Positions 12,846 through 24,611 of a stretch of DNA of 64,000 bases are shown piece by piece (the stretch's first letter is position 1; each line of letters opens with the position of its first letter). The stretch spans positions 3,100,001 through 3,164,000 of the forward strand of contig JBHGNT010000002.1 of assembly GCA_043228905.1 (NCBI GenBank), given 5' to 3'. The translations under genes were made by a program, and so were the position numbers. Origin of the DNA: Azolla caroliniana. Taxonomy: Eukaryota > Plantae > Polypodiophyta. The notes beneath the pieces were generated by a model. That model ran no database searches. It was not told where the DNA came from and was given only the letters and a program-made list of their open reading frames with translations.

Positions 12846-15285
12846 AAAGTGTTGCCTCTTAGGAAACACGGTCCGTGGTCAGTCCTTCGACCTAGACCCC
12901 AAGGTGGGTGTGGAACAACGAACAAAGCTTAATCGTACTACGTAAGGAGAGAACCTCTGTGACTCCGCTGTGTGTAAGGGGAGACGGCTAAAACCGACTC
13001 CTTCTCATAGGTTGCGCTTACGTACTACTACGATTACGTATTCGAGACACTGACACTGAATTTGCCGTAGCTATACACAGAAACTCAGAGAAGATAGTAT
13101 TCTATTATCAGGCGTTCTTTTTACAATTCCCAGAATTTACACACACCTCCTTACGAGGTTTCCTGCCCTTTATATATGCAGGGTCTAATTAGCCGTTCAC
13201 GCGTACCCGCGTGAACCATTACATACGTTACGCTTTATATAGTTTCTTATTCCTACGCTTTTGGCCGTCGGTTACTATTCCGGCGGACAACACTCTCGCA
13301 CACACACACAACACCGACCGAACTCGCACCCTCATGTACATAAGCAAGAAAGAAACGCTAAGACACACACACACACACCAACATAGACACGAATATGCAC
13401 AACCAAATGTATATGTATTTACAAGACAGCGAGATTCAACACCGACTTCGAGCCGGACCTAGGTCGCATAGGATACAACCGTTGTCTAATGCCAAGCCGC
13501 CGGTCGGGGAGCTCTCGGGCTTGTCGCGCCGAGCGGGGTCTTGCACATAGTACAGGGCAGAAAACCAAAACGCTAGATGCCAAGGCTCGACGGACAGAAG
13601 GACGAAGAAGAAGTAGAGGAGAGCAAGAAGAGACCCTAAAACCAGAGAAGAGAAAGAAAGGAAAGAAAGAGAGAAAGAGGAAGAGAGAACGTCTCTTCAA
13701 CTAACGGTATACCCTGCTAATACAAAAATGGGCAACCCCTTCACAAGAGGCGCTCCCTTCCTTTTATAGAACAAGGAGGGAGATGCATTACAATGTGGGA
13801 TAAATCCCGACTTACATGGGATTCTCTGTCCCGACTTGACTACTCTTCGGCGCCATAAAGGCGCCCTCGTTATTCACACTAAATGTACAAGGGTGAGCGC
13901 ACATGCTGCATCCCGCCGATATAGCCAATATTTCCCGGTTTCCGCCTTTGGCCGAAATTCTTCACGACATCCGCCCCCACCAAACTGCACGTTCACCGCT
14001 ACGTGCCAAATCCGGTGAAGGGTGAGAGATTTCGGCCGGTGAGAAACTGGTCAACCGTAATCCGCAACCCGGCTCGTTGCCGGTTTGAATCATCGGCTTC
14101 GGTTCTTCCTTCGCGCTTACCTGCTCGTAGGCTCGTTTGACCCGTCGATGGGTCCTTCACAGCGATCTCCGTAGTACGCGTACTTCCGCTGGCCCTTGTT
14201 CGGCTGTATGCATGCCCCGCTCTCCGCCGTATGCCCGATGTCCTTCGCTTGAGGAATGCCCGTAGTGGTCCGCTTGGCCTCCGTCGACCATTCGTGTTGA
14301 CATGATTGCCGTCCCATGTTTCACGTTGCCTTCGTCCTCCCTGCCGCCACCTTCCTTCTCCATGGTCTTACGTCGCCACGTCGGCTCGAACCGCCATGGT
14401 CTCCGGAACGGTGTGGAGGATCCTTCTCTGGCCTTCTACGCACTACCTCCAAACCGCGCAACCCATCTTCGCGCTCGCCTTTCCGCTCTAGCACCTCCGT
14501 GTGCCGCATACCCTCGTCCGTTGTTTGGCACTGCCTGTGCCGCACTCCGGTTCATTGCACGGCTTGTCGGCCCCTTTCCCGTCCAGATTGTGCATCGCCG
14601 CTCATCCGCATACCGGTGTCCTCTGCACCCGAGGAGCACCCCGCACTAGCCTGCTTGGCCGTTTTCGTCTTGCGCTGCTACAACAGATCCTGAGTCTTTC
14701 GCCCCCGTCTTACCCATTCGCGATCCGCTATCTCATGTCACCGGGTCTCGTTCCCTACCGCCACCATCCTTCTCCCTAGGTCTCACGCTGACTCCCGTTA
14801 GCCGGCTGCCGGAGTCTCCGGATCGGTGTGAGGGTCCCATAGGACCGGACTCCGTTTCTCTGCTTGTTGTTCGGGTGTCTTCCGTGTAGCCGGGTCCCGC
14901 CTTCGTGTTGCCGGGTCCCGTTTCCCGCCGCCACCAACCCTCTCTCTCGGTCTCATGTTGCCACGTTGGCTGAACTGCCGGAGTCTTTGGTTCGGTGTGG
15001 GGATCCCGTAGGACCAGACTTCCTTATGCCCACTGACCTTGCCGGAAGATCCAAAATGGTCCGTAGTCGCCTCATACCTCCTTGCCGTTCGTCACTTCCT
15101 GTCTTCCGATAATGTTCACTTGCCGCCACCGTCCTTTCCTATAGGACTCACGCCGGCTCTCGGGCTGACCGCCGGATCGGTGTGAGGATCTTCGTGGGAC
15201 CTCGGTTTGCCCGCCTTGCCACCACCACCGCCCGTCGCTCTAGGCCTGACGCCGGCACTCTGGCCAACCGCCGGAGCCTCTAGGG

Positions 15286-15901
15286 TGTCAAGATTCGAAC
15301 TCTTGACACGACCATGTTATAATCTAGTATTATGAGTTAACCAAGATATCTAGTACTAGTTATGTATGTAATTGGTCGTTATTATTTTGCTAGCATCATG
15401 TGCATAGTTGCTCCCTTGTAGTATTTACACTTGGCACATGCATGCATACCTACATGCTCTATTGTAGATTCACATGCGTGCAACAAGTATGACTGCCATG
15501 TAGTATAAATAGAGGAGTTCACCTTCAAGGAATTCAAGGTGAACAAACTGTCACGGATCATAAACTCAAGAGACAAGCAAGAAGATAACCAAATGGACAA
15601 GAAAGAAGATAGTATTAAAGGAAAGACTCCATAACTGGTGTTGTTCACCTTGAATTCCTTCAAGGTGAACTCCTCTATTTATACTACATGGCATGCATAC
15701 TTGTTGCACGCATGTGAATCTACAATAGAGCATGTAGGTATGCATGCATGTGCCAAGTGTAAATACTACAAGGGAGCAACTATGCACATGATGCTAGCAA
15801 AATAATAACGACCAATTACATACATAACTAGTACTAGATATCTTGGTTAACTCATAATACTAGATTATAACATGGTCGTGTCAAGAGTTCGAATCTTGAC
15901 A
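15286..15901. mobile_element. Foldback/MITE-like element, 616 bp, 261-bp TIRs (15286-15546, 15641-15901), TG..CA ends, TSD TAGGG
   Basis: Arms are reverse complements with ~3 mismatches. TAGGG at 15281-15285 and 15902-15906. AT-rich island inside the GC-rich A3 array. Confidence 0.92.
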
Positions 15902-16758
15902 TAGGGACGGTGTGTGTAAGGTCGCGGCACAACCGCTTGTCTCCTCCGCCGCCACCGTTAGTATCTTGATATTACGTCGACCGCGTTGCCGACTGCCGAA
16001 GTCTCTAGATCCGGTGTGAAGGATCCTCCTTGGGCTCGTCGTATCTCTGGCCCTTATACTGGTTCTTCCTTCTTTCGCAAGCCGAGAGGGTGGCTCGCTC
16101 CACACCCTCTCCCGTGGTACTGACGTACCGTGTTCCCGGCACCTCTTCGTAGGCCTCCTCTTCCTCCCTCCCGGAATGGTTATCCGGAAGTCCCCTCCGC
16201 CCGGTTCTCGTGCGTCATTCTCTGGATTGCCGGGTCCCATTCTCCTGTCACCACCGATCTCTCCTATAGGACTCACCCCGGCACTCGGGCTGACAGCCGT
16301 ATCGGTGTGAGGATCTCCGTAGGACTGGTCTTCGTTCTCCTCTTCATCCTTTGTACTTCTCCCAAACTCATCATTTCCCTCCTTCTCGCGTACCCGCCTC
16401 CATCTCCCATCTCTCCAGGCCTCACGCCGGCGCTCGTTGCCGGCTGCCTGGGTCTCCGGATAAGACGTGGTGTTTCCGTCTCGTAATGATTTGCAGACGC
16501 TTGTTCGGGGTACCACTCCCCAAGCACGTTCGGTGAGGAGCCTTTGGACTTCGATCGATCAAGTGCCGCCTACACTTGATTCTCCAACGTCCGGAGTTTC
16601 GGGCAGCGGTGTCCGAAACCTGCTAGTCTCTGTCCGCAACCTCGATCGCTAGCCTCCCGATTTGCGGCCTCCGCCTGGCCGGCTTGTGTCGTCATGTAAA
16701 AGAGGGCGATTTGTTTCGCACCCTCTTCCGCGCCGACACTATTGTACCGAACCGAGCC

Positions 16759-17937
16759 CTACCGATCGGGCTCTATAGCCCGTCCCTGGTCTTTCGCGCC
16801 TTGGGCCGGTTTCGATCGAGTCATCCACATTCGGATCATGCTCCATCCGAATCGGAATGCCAATCTTTCCGTGCCGCCTCCGTCCTTGGCCTCCTCGCAC
16901 GCCGTTTCCCATCCCTCTTCGTTGGCATCCTGCCAGGACTCCTTGTCGGCGCCTTCCTTCTCTCTGGTATCATGTGGGCACACGGGCTCGACCATTAGAG
17001 TCTCTGGAATCCACGTGGAGGGCTCTTCTCCACTCCCGACCTTGTCCTCGGTCGGCAATTCTCCGCAAGTCGAGAGAGCGTTTTGTTCCGCACCCTCTCC
17101 CGTGGTACAGTGGTACCGATCTTCCGCCATTACGTGGGACAAGTCCGTCTCTTCGGTCTCGGCTTGCGGCCTCGATCTTTCCTCTTCCTCGAGCATTGCC
17201 TCGAGAGCTGCGTACGCCTCCGCAATCCAGGCCACAACGCCGACCCTTGCCGACTCTCTTTGCCATTCGGCCTATTCCCGCTGTGATGGCACGCCATCGT
17301 GCGCCTTCCTCTTAGCCTTCTCGGCTCGCTCGTCATCTAGCCGTTGGCACACCCTTCCGACCTTCGACCAGTCCTCCGTAAGCCCATTAGCTCCGTCATC
17401 GTCTTCAAGCTCCATCCCGATGGTCTCCCGTTCCGCTCGGTTGATCAACCTGACGAACAATAGGACTTTGTCCGCCCCCACCAAACCTTGTTCCCACTCC
17501 GGGAGCCGAGCAAGCCGTCGCTTGAACTCTCGGAACGCCTTTGTCGCACCGCGGTGGGTCTTTGCCGATGGTACCCACTAGTGGAAGTTGTGTCGTCCCC
17601 GGCTCTTCCGCCGTCCTCCATATGCTTGCAGGAGCGCCTCTTCAAAGGCCTCCCACGAACTATGAGCTTGTCGGAGCTCCTTCACTTCCGCGTGGATACG
17701 GACGGCAACACCCTGACAGAAGAACTCCAGCCTCAACGCTTAGTCCACGTCTCGCTCCTCCATTTCCGCATTGTAGTTTTCCAAGTAAGATGGGACTTTG
17801 TCCCCGTTGAAACGGCCGACTCTTTCGACCACTCGCTCAACCACTTGTTGCGCTACTTCTTGCCTCATCACCACTCGTGCCGACTCGAACACCATTTCGG
17901 CCACCATCTCCGCGAGGTCGTCGTCTTCCGACTCCAT
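16759..17937 (-). pseudogene. gag: gag of A3 (internal stops)
   Basis: Homologous to the intact 433-aa ORF at 59597-60898. Confidence 0.8.
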
Positions 17938-18470
17938 GCTCCCTTGCCGCCCTTTATGTCGGGTTCACCAAATATGTCGCGAAGTTTCGCGCGTGTGTGT
18001 AGAAGGGCGGGACCTCGGGGGTCTTGGACTAGGGAGTGACGGAGCGTAGGAAGTCGTGCTTCACCATTTCCGGGGCATCCCAGAAGCACACCGGAAGCAA
18101 CCAAAGGGAGAGAGAGAAAGAGAGAGAGCAGGCACACAACATTGACTCTCGCACACACACACACAAGACAGACCCAACTTGCACCCTCATGTACATAAGC
18201 AAGAAAGAAACACTAAGACACACACACGTACACCAACAGAGACACGAATATGCACAACCAAATGTATATGTATTTACAAGACAACGAGATTCAACACCGA
18301 CTTTGAGCCGGACCTAGGTCGCATAGGATACAACCGTTGTCTAATGCCAAGCCGCCGGTCGGGGAGCTCTCGGGCTTGTCGCGCCGAACGGGGTCTTGCA
18401 CAGAGTACAGGGCAGAAAACCAAAACGCTAGATGCCAAGGCTGGACGCACAGAAGGACGAGTGCGGAATC

Positions 18471-21400
18471 ATTCTTTTCTTTAGCAATCCATATAAAGGC
18501 TTGGCAACATGGGCGTAGTGCGGAATCCAGATATGATAAAACACGCATGCTCCAAGGAACCTTCGAACCTCCGTTTGGTTTATGCATTCTTCTTTCATAC
18601 CCTTGATCGCGTTCACCTTGGATGGTGAAGGCTTCTGGCTGTATGCTCCTGCACAAATGACCTACCACCAAGATCTCTGGCTGCCCAAATGCGGATTTTT
18701 CTCCCGAAAATGTCAAATTCGCATCTTCGAGCCTTTGGAGCACATTCTCACAATCTTTCATATGATCCGCGACGAACTTTCTAAACCCATCCTTATCTTT
18801 CTCCTCATCCAAACATCCTTTTATTTTAATATAATCCAAGAATGGCATTGTGATGTCCAGGATGCAATCCTTCAAAACCTTGTTCATGGCATTCACCATA
18901 TGAGCCACCGAGTTCATTGCACCTTGAGGTAAGGTACACATCCACACGAGCCCGATTGGAGTCCTCATGATTGTAAGGTCATGACTGTCGATCGCCAACT
19001 GGAATTGGTCATATCCAGAGTAGAGATTGCCAATGGAGTAGATGGACCACCCCGCAAACACTTCGGCAAATTCGTCCACGCTCGGACCGATTCCAGCTTT
19101 CCGAATTGTCACCTTGTTGACGGGTTGAAGATCTTGGATGAATCGCAATGATCCATTCTTCTTCGGCACCATGAACCACCTATTAGAATAAGGAGCATTC
19201 GTCGGTTCCAGAATTCCCATATTCACCTTCTCCTTTAAGAGCTCGATCAACTTCGGTAGGTGTGCTCTCGGAACTGGTATCGGTTTCAAATTCCAAGGTA
19301 CGTGCGGCACCGTGAAGATCACCATCGGCTCTATTGTCCTTGAATCAGCACATCCGATTTCTTGTGGGAAAAATGCGAAAGCCTTCCGATGTCTCTCAAG
19401 CATGTCGCGAAAGATTTGCTCTTCTTCAGGGGGGAGGAAATCCTCCCTTCCAACTCGTAGCTTTCCCTTCGTCTCTTCGGTGAAGACATGACCTATTGTC
19501 TTCGGATCTCTTAAGCTTGGATCATTAGCGACTTCCTTCATCTTTTGCCAGCTATCTTCTGGTAGTGGAACTGCAACTAGCTTGATCTTCTTATCCACCG
19601 TTTTATATTTTGTGTTGATGTCAGCTTCCTTCATCAAGATGTTTCGATGATATTCATCGATGATAGCATACATGTTGATGGAGTTAACCGAAATCACGTG
19701 ATGATTGTGAAGATAGCTCAAGTCCACGACTTCTTCGATTTCGCCGATGGTGTCATTAAATGAGGCTTCTTCCATAATATGAGTCACGAACTCTTCTTAT
19801 TCTATTATGTTTTCTTCTTTCCGCATCTTCTCGAAGTCTTGTATCCGACGCTTCTCCTTTTTGTCGAGTAGTACTAGTTTACATGCGCCACTAGGTGTGA
19901 CACATGTTGCTTCTCCTCGCAATCCACACACTCTATTTTCTTGTGGGGACTTGTGATTGCTCAGACTATTTGTGCCCCATGCTCTAATAGTCCGCTCTAA
20001 AAATCCGGGGATTCGCCTCCGAGACTATCTCGATTTCTTTCATGATTAGCTCGCACCGTTAGGAATTGAACAGATCTTTGATTGTCAAGACTCTTGATTC
20101 GCGCGAAGGCTGCTCCATTATCGAACACCTTGGTCTCCATCTAGGATGATGTGATATACAGTTGTCCTAGGATGATAGGATGCGACGTCGATTCTTGCAG
20201 GAAGAAGTGTTGATCCATCTCCACATCCCCGATCGTGACTTTAACATTGGGACAAGCTCCGTACAAGTCCTTCGTAGACTTTGTTGCAGCTCGAATCTTC
20301 CATCCGTGGTTTGTATTGGTTGGCCATCTTCCTTTTTTGTAGAACTTGGTTGACATGAGGTTGATCTCTGAGCCATGGTCCATCAAGGCTACCACGGTCT
20401 CATTCCTCTCCCTGATCTTCACCGGCGTCTCCATTGTTGCTCGTGCCCAATGAGGTCGAGTATAGTGGTTGTCCACCATATCTTCATCGACTTCGTCCCT
20501 TGCCATCGTTATGACATTTGTTTTTGCTTTTTGTGGGTTGTCTTCTTCCTCGTCCGATTGTTGCCTCTTTCTTTTTACGAGGTCCACGATCGTGTCATGG
20601 AACTCCTTCTTCGTAATGCCGAGTAATTCCCTCAAGGACAAAGTCATGTGGCTATCAAGAACGCGTTCCTCAAGAATCTTCTTCAGGTCTGTTGTCTGCT
20701 CTATGTCCGACCTTAGCTTATAGGTAGGCATAGTCCTTATCTTTTGAGCGTGGTCTTCGACACCAACCTTCACGGGCCGAACTGTTTCTTCGACTCATTT
20801 GCTCGACTCAGTTTGTAAAGGTCGACTCGTTTCTGCATCTTCTTTCTTTTGCGTGTTTCTTGTTTCATGTCTTTTTGATGGGCCTTGCTCTTCTATTCTT
20901 TTTCTCATTTCTTCGACGAACACCTCGTGGTTGTCGCACATCACTTCCGCGAGTATGGTGTTGTCATCCACCTGATCCGACCACCCAGTTATGCTTTGAA
21001 TGCTTCGGTCTGCAAACTCTACCTCGTTCGATGTGACCTTCCCCATCTTCTCATACTTGAGAACAGAAGACCAAAACTTTGCTCCCACTCTAGCAGCTTC
21101 ATTTTTATCTTTTCCGACTCTAATTCCAGCCGTGGCAGTATAGTGCATCGCATCCACATGAGTCGCCTCAACATCTTCCATAGATTTCTTCATTCCCCCT
21201 CTTCCGAAATTCACCTGTAGGGGTCTTCAAGTTTCAGTCGAGCAGATCATATTGTCATCCATGTAGACGATATTTTGTCGGATCGCCTCTCGAAGGCTCG
21301 TGCAATCCCTTCTCATGTGGTCCATGCTATCGCACCACACACATCTAAAGGGTTCTTTTCCTTTGGGCCCCCGATGATTCATCTTGGCTAGCGTGACCAT

Positions 21401-21962
21401 CTCGAACTTCTTCGCTAGCTCTTCGATGATGTTGTCATCAATCTTCTTTTCTTCCGGGCTGCTTTGTTTGGACGGCTCAACTACTTTCGGTTATCTTGTT
21501 TTCTCCAAGACAGTCGATCGCACCAAGTCGGTGTCATCAGCCCACTGACGACGCTTGTCGAACCTATTGCATGCTCGCTTCACCGTAACCCAGTCCGCCA
21601 GAAGCCTATTCTCTTGGGTATCATCTTCGAGGAGAGTACCCAGTTCTTGTCTATCCTTTATATCCACAACTTTTAGGAACTACAAAGTTTTGTCCTCCTC
21701 AAGTAGCACTTGGTCTGTAGCGGGGAGACGACGAAACATTTGGTCGAATTTGTCGTACACCCTCGAGGCGCACATCTTCTTATTTTTCTTATCTATCCAC
21801 TTCATCAAGGCATGTCGAGTCATCCTCGACAAATCTTCCATTGCGAACTCCGCTAATATCGCTTTCTGGAAATCTGACCACATTGTCTTCCCTTTTTGAA
21901 GCTCGATGATGTGCCTTTGGATGTTGTTGGCGACCACTCTCTTGAAACTTGTGATTTGACGT
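18471..21962 (-). pseudogene. pol: C1 gag C-terminal part, protease and RT
   Basis: CVWCDSMDHMRRDC knuckle; ALMDHGSEINL; YSNRWFMVPKKNGSLRFIQDLQPVN; LYSGYDQF; LPQG; EVRRFLGAC. Confidence 0.88.
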
Positions 21963-24165
21963 TGTCGTGAAGATTTCCGGCTATAGTGTGAAAACGGGGT
22001 CGAATAGGGCAAGTCGGTGGTGTGCAACATGTGCACATGTATAGTAGGAAACGGTGTATAGAATAAAGGGGAGTATTTGTCCCACATTGTAACGCCCTCC
22101 CCTCCTTGGTCTATAAAAGGAGGGAGGGGTCCCTTGTAAAGGGGTTGCCCATTTTGAGTTAGGAAGGGTATACCGTTAGATTTAGGGTTAGGCAGTTTCC
22201 CTTATTCTTACTTCGTTCTAGGGTTTCATCTAGGTAGTTTCTTTTCTTCTTCTTCGTCTTCGTGTGGGTGGAGAGTTTGTGTCTGTTTAGGGATTGCTTC
22301 TACTCGGTCTCCTGTGCAAGACCCCGCTTCGTGCGACGAGCCCGAGAGCTCCCGGATCAACGGCTTGGCAACAGACTGTTGTTGTAACCTACCCTACCTT
22401 GGTCCGGCTCGAAGCCAGGGTTGTATCTTTCCCCTTGTAATATATATACTCATATCTGTTTGTGCATATTGGTGTATTTGGTGGTGTCAAGAGCATAGCC
22501 CCTTGTTTCCTGTGCATAAGAGTCGGTGTCTCGCGCATGCTCTCTCTCTCTCTCTCTCGTGTTCGGTTGCCTCTGGGACATGTTGGGAGTCGACTTCTCG
22601 GCATCCCTTCCTCCCTCGTTCGAGAGCCCCCTGGTCCCGCCCCTTCCACACGCACGCGCGCAATAACACGACATCTTTGGTAAACCCGACGTGAAGGGCG
22701 GAAAGGGAGAATAGAGTTGGAAGAAGACGACTTCGCACAACTTTTTGTCGAAGCGGTGAGGGAGTTTGGACGAGCAACAACATGAGCGAATGGTCAAAAG
22801 AGTCGACCGTTTCAACGAGGACAAAGTCCCAATCTACTAGAGGCCTACAACGCAGAAATGGAGGTGAGACGTAGACGAGACGTTGAGGCTAGAGTTCTTC
22901 TATCGGGTGGTCGCCGGCCGTATGCACGCGGGAGTGAAGGAGCTCCGAGAAGCTCATAGTTCGTGGGAGGCCTTCGAAGAGGCGCTCTTGCAAGCATATG
23001 GAGCATCGCGGAAGAGCCGGGGACGACGCGACTTCGACTAGTGGGTAACATCGACGAAGACCCACCGGGGCACAACGAAGGCATTCCGAGAGTTCGAGCG
23101 ACGGCTTGCTCGGCTCCCGGAGCGAGAGCAAAGTTTGGTGGGGGCAGACAAAGTCTTGTTGTTCGTTAGGTCGATCGACCGAGCGGAACGGGAGGCCATC
23201 GGATTTAGCTCAAAGACGAGGTCGGAGCGAATGGCCTAACGGAGGAGTGGTCGAAGGTCGGAAGGGTATGCCAATGGCTAGATGACAAACGAGCCGAGAA
23301 GGCTAGCAGGAAGCCGCGCGCCATCACAACGGGAAGAGGTCGAACGGCAAAGAGAGTCGGCAAGGCTCAGCTTCGAGGCCAGGATGGCGGAGGCGTATGC
23401 AACTCTCGAGGAAATGCTCAAGGAAGAGGAAAGATCAAGGCCGCAAGCCGATGCCGAGGAGACAGACTTGGCCCACGAGATGGCAGAAGATCGGTACGAT
23501 GGAACCACGGGAGAGGGTGCGGAACAAAATGCCCTCTCAGCTTACGGAGATAGAACGGCCAAGGACAAGGTTGAGATACCGATCGCAGAATCGGAACGTT
23601 GGGACCGTCGGTTTCAGGCACGTCAGCCTGGAACTCCAAACATTGGAGAAGCAAGCCCAAGTAGGGCTTGCGTGATAGGTAAGAAGACGACCACCGATCA
23701 CGAAGAGCCGGTGGCTACGGTGTCGCGTTGTTACGTGCGTGCGTGGAGAAGGGCGGGACCACAGGGGTCTTGGACTAGGAAAAAAAAGGGGTGCCGAGGA
23801 ACTGACTCCGGACGCGTTCCGGATGCAACCGAACGCGAGACAGAGAGAGACAAAGGAGAGGGAGAGCGTGCGCGTGACACCGACTCTTATGCACAGGAAG
23901 CAAGGGATTGTGCTTCCGACACCACCAAATACACCGATATGCACAGACAGACGCAAATATGTATATTGCAAGGGAAAAGAACACATCCCCGGCTTCGAGC
24001 CAGACCAAGGTAGGTTACAGCAGTCGTCTGCTCCCAAGCCGCCGTCGGGGAGCTCTTGGGCTCGTCGCGCCGAGCGGGGTGTTGCAGAGGAGGCCGAGCG
24101 GAAGCAAACCCTAAGCAAACACGAAGAAGAAGAAGAAGAAAAGAAAGATAAACGAAATACTAAAC

Positions 24166-24611
24166 TGTTGAGAGACAAGCTCAACATCGGCCAGATCGGC
24201 TGAAGAAGCCAAGGACCGGATCGGTTGGGACCGATCGGTTAGGCCGAATGCGTCAACCGGTACGCAGACCGGTGCGTAGGTAGGACCGGATCGGTGCGTA
24301 AACCGGGAGGCCGTTAGGAAAGATATTTCGTGAGGAATATATTTGGGAGTTAGTGTAGGAGCTCTTAATGAGCATTGAAGTACGGTCAGTACTTCGGTTA
24401 GTCCTTCGAGGACTTGTATAAAAGTGTTCATGGAACACACATATGTATAGAGTCATGAGTAGAGATTTGAGTATTGTTTTTGTTGAATATAGTTCTTCTT
24501 TCTCCCTCTGTCTCTCCCGCATATATTGCGTAAGCTCAAGCTCTCCATTAAACCTGAGTGTTCTTCCTTATGTTCTGTCTTCATACTTGCTTCCGCACGC
24601 TACTTTCTACA
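24166..24611 (+). mobile_element. Solo LTR (copia-like), TSD TAAAC
   Basis: TGTTGAGAGACAAGCTCAAC..TTTCTACA. TAAAC on both sides. Absent from the sister LTR at 29072. Start resembles LTR 239-619. Confidence 0.88.

Larger units (their letters stand above)
3893..13292 (-). mobile_element. Full-length non-chromovirus Ty3/gypsy retrotransposon (family B; Athila/Tat/Phygy-like), LTRs 3893-4334 and 12850-13292, TSD CTCTC
   Basis: Two ~442-bp TG..CA direct repeats. CTCTC at 3888-3892 and 13293-13297. Domain order gag-PR-RT-RH-IN. Confidence 0.95.
3719..18460 (-). mobile_element. Gag-only LTR element A3: 3' LTR 3719-3892 + 13298-13969 (split by element B), PPT ~13970-13983, array, gag ~17937-16759, PBS ~17955-17970, truncated 5' LTR 17975-18460
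   Basis: LTR halves match 17975-18460, which shows the empty site ATTGACTCTCGCACAC. Trp-type PBS and TGGTGGGGGCGGA PPT. Confidence 0.9.

Noticed and set aside
14117-14317. Small ORF (GACIQPNKGQRKYAYYGDR) recurring in A3, A5 and A6
   Set aside because: Starts differ and it is absent from A4. Similarity is explained by copy homology.
13984-16750. Hammerhead ribozyme (retrozyme) in the A arrays or LTRs
   Set aside because: No conserved CTGANGA...GAAA core seen on either strand; only an isolated match near 26421.
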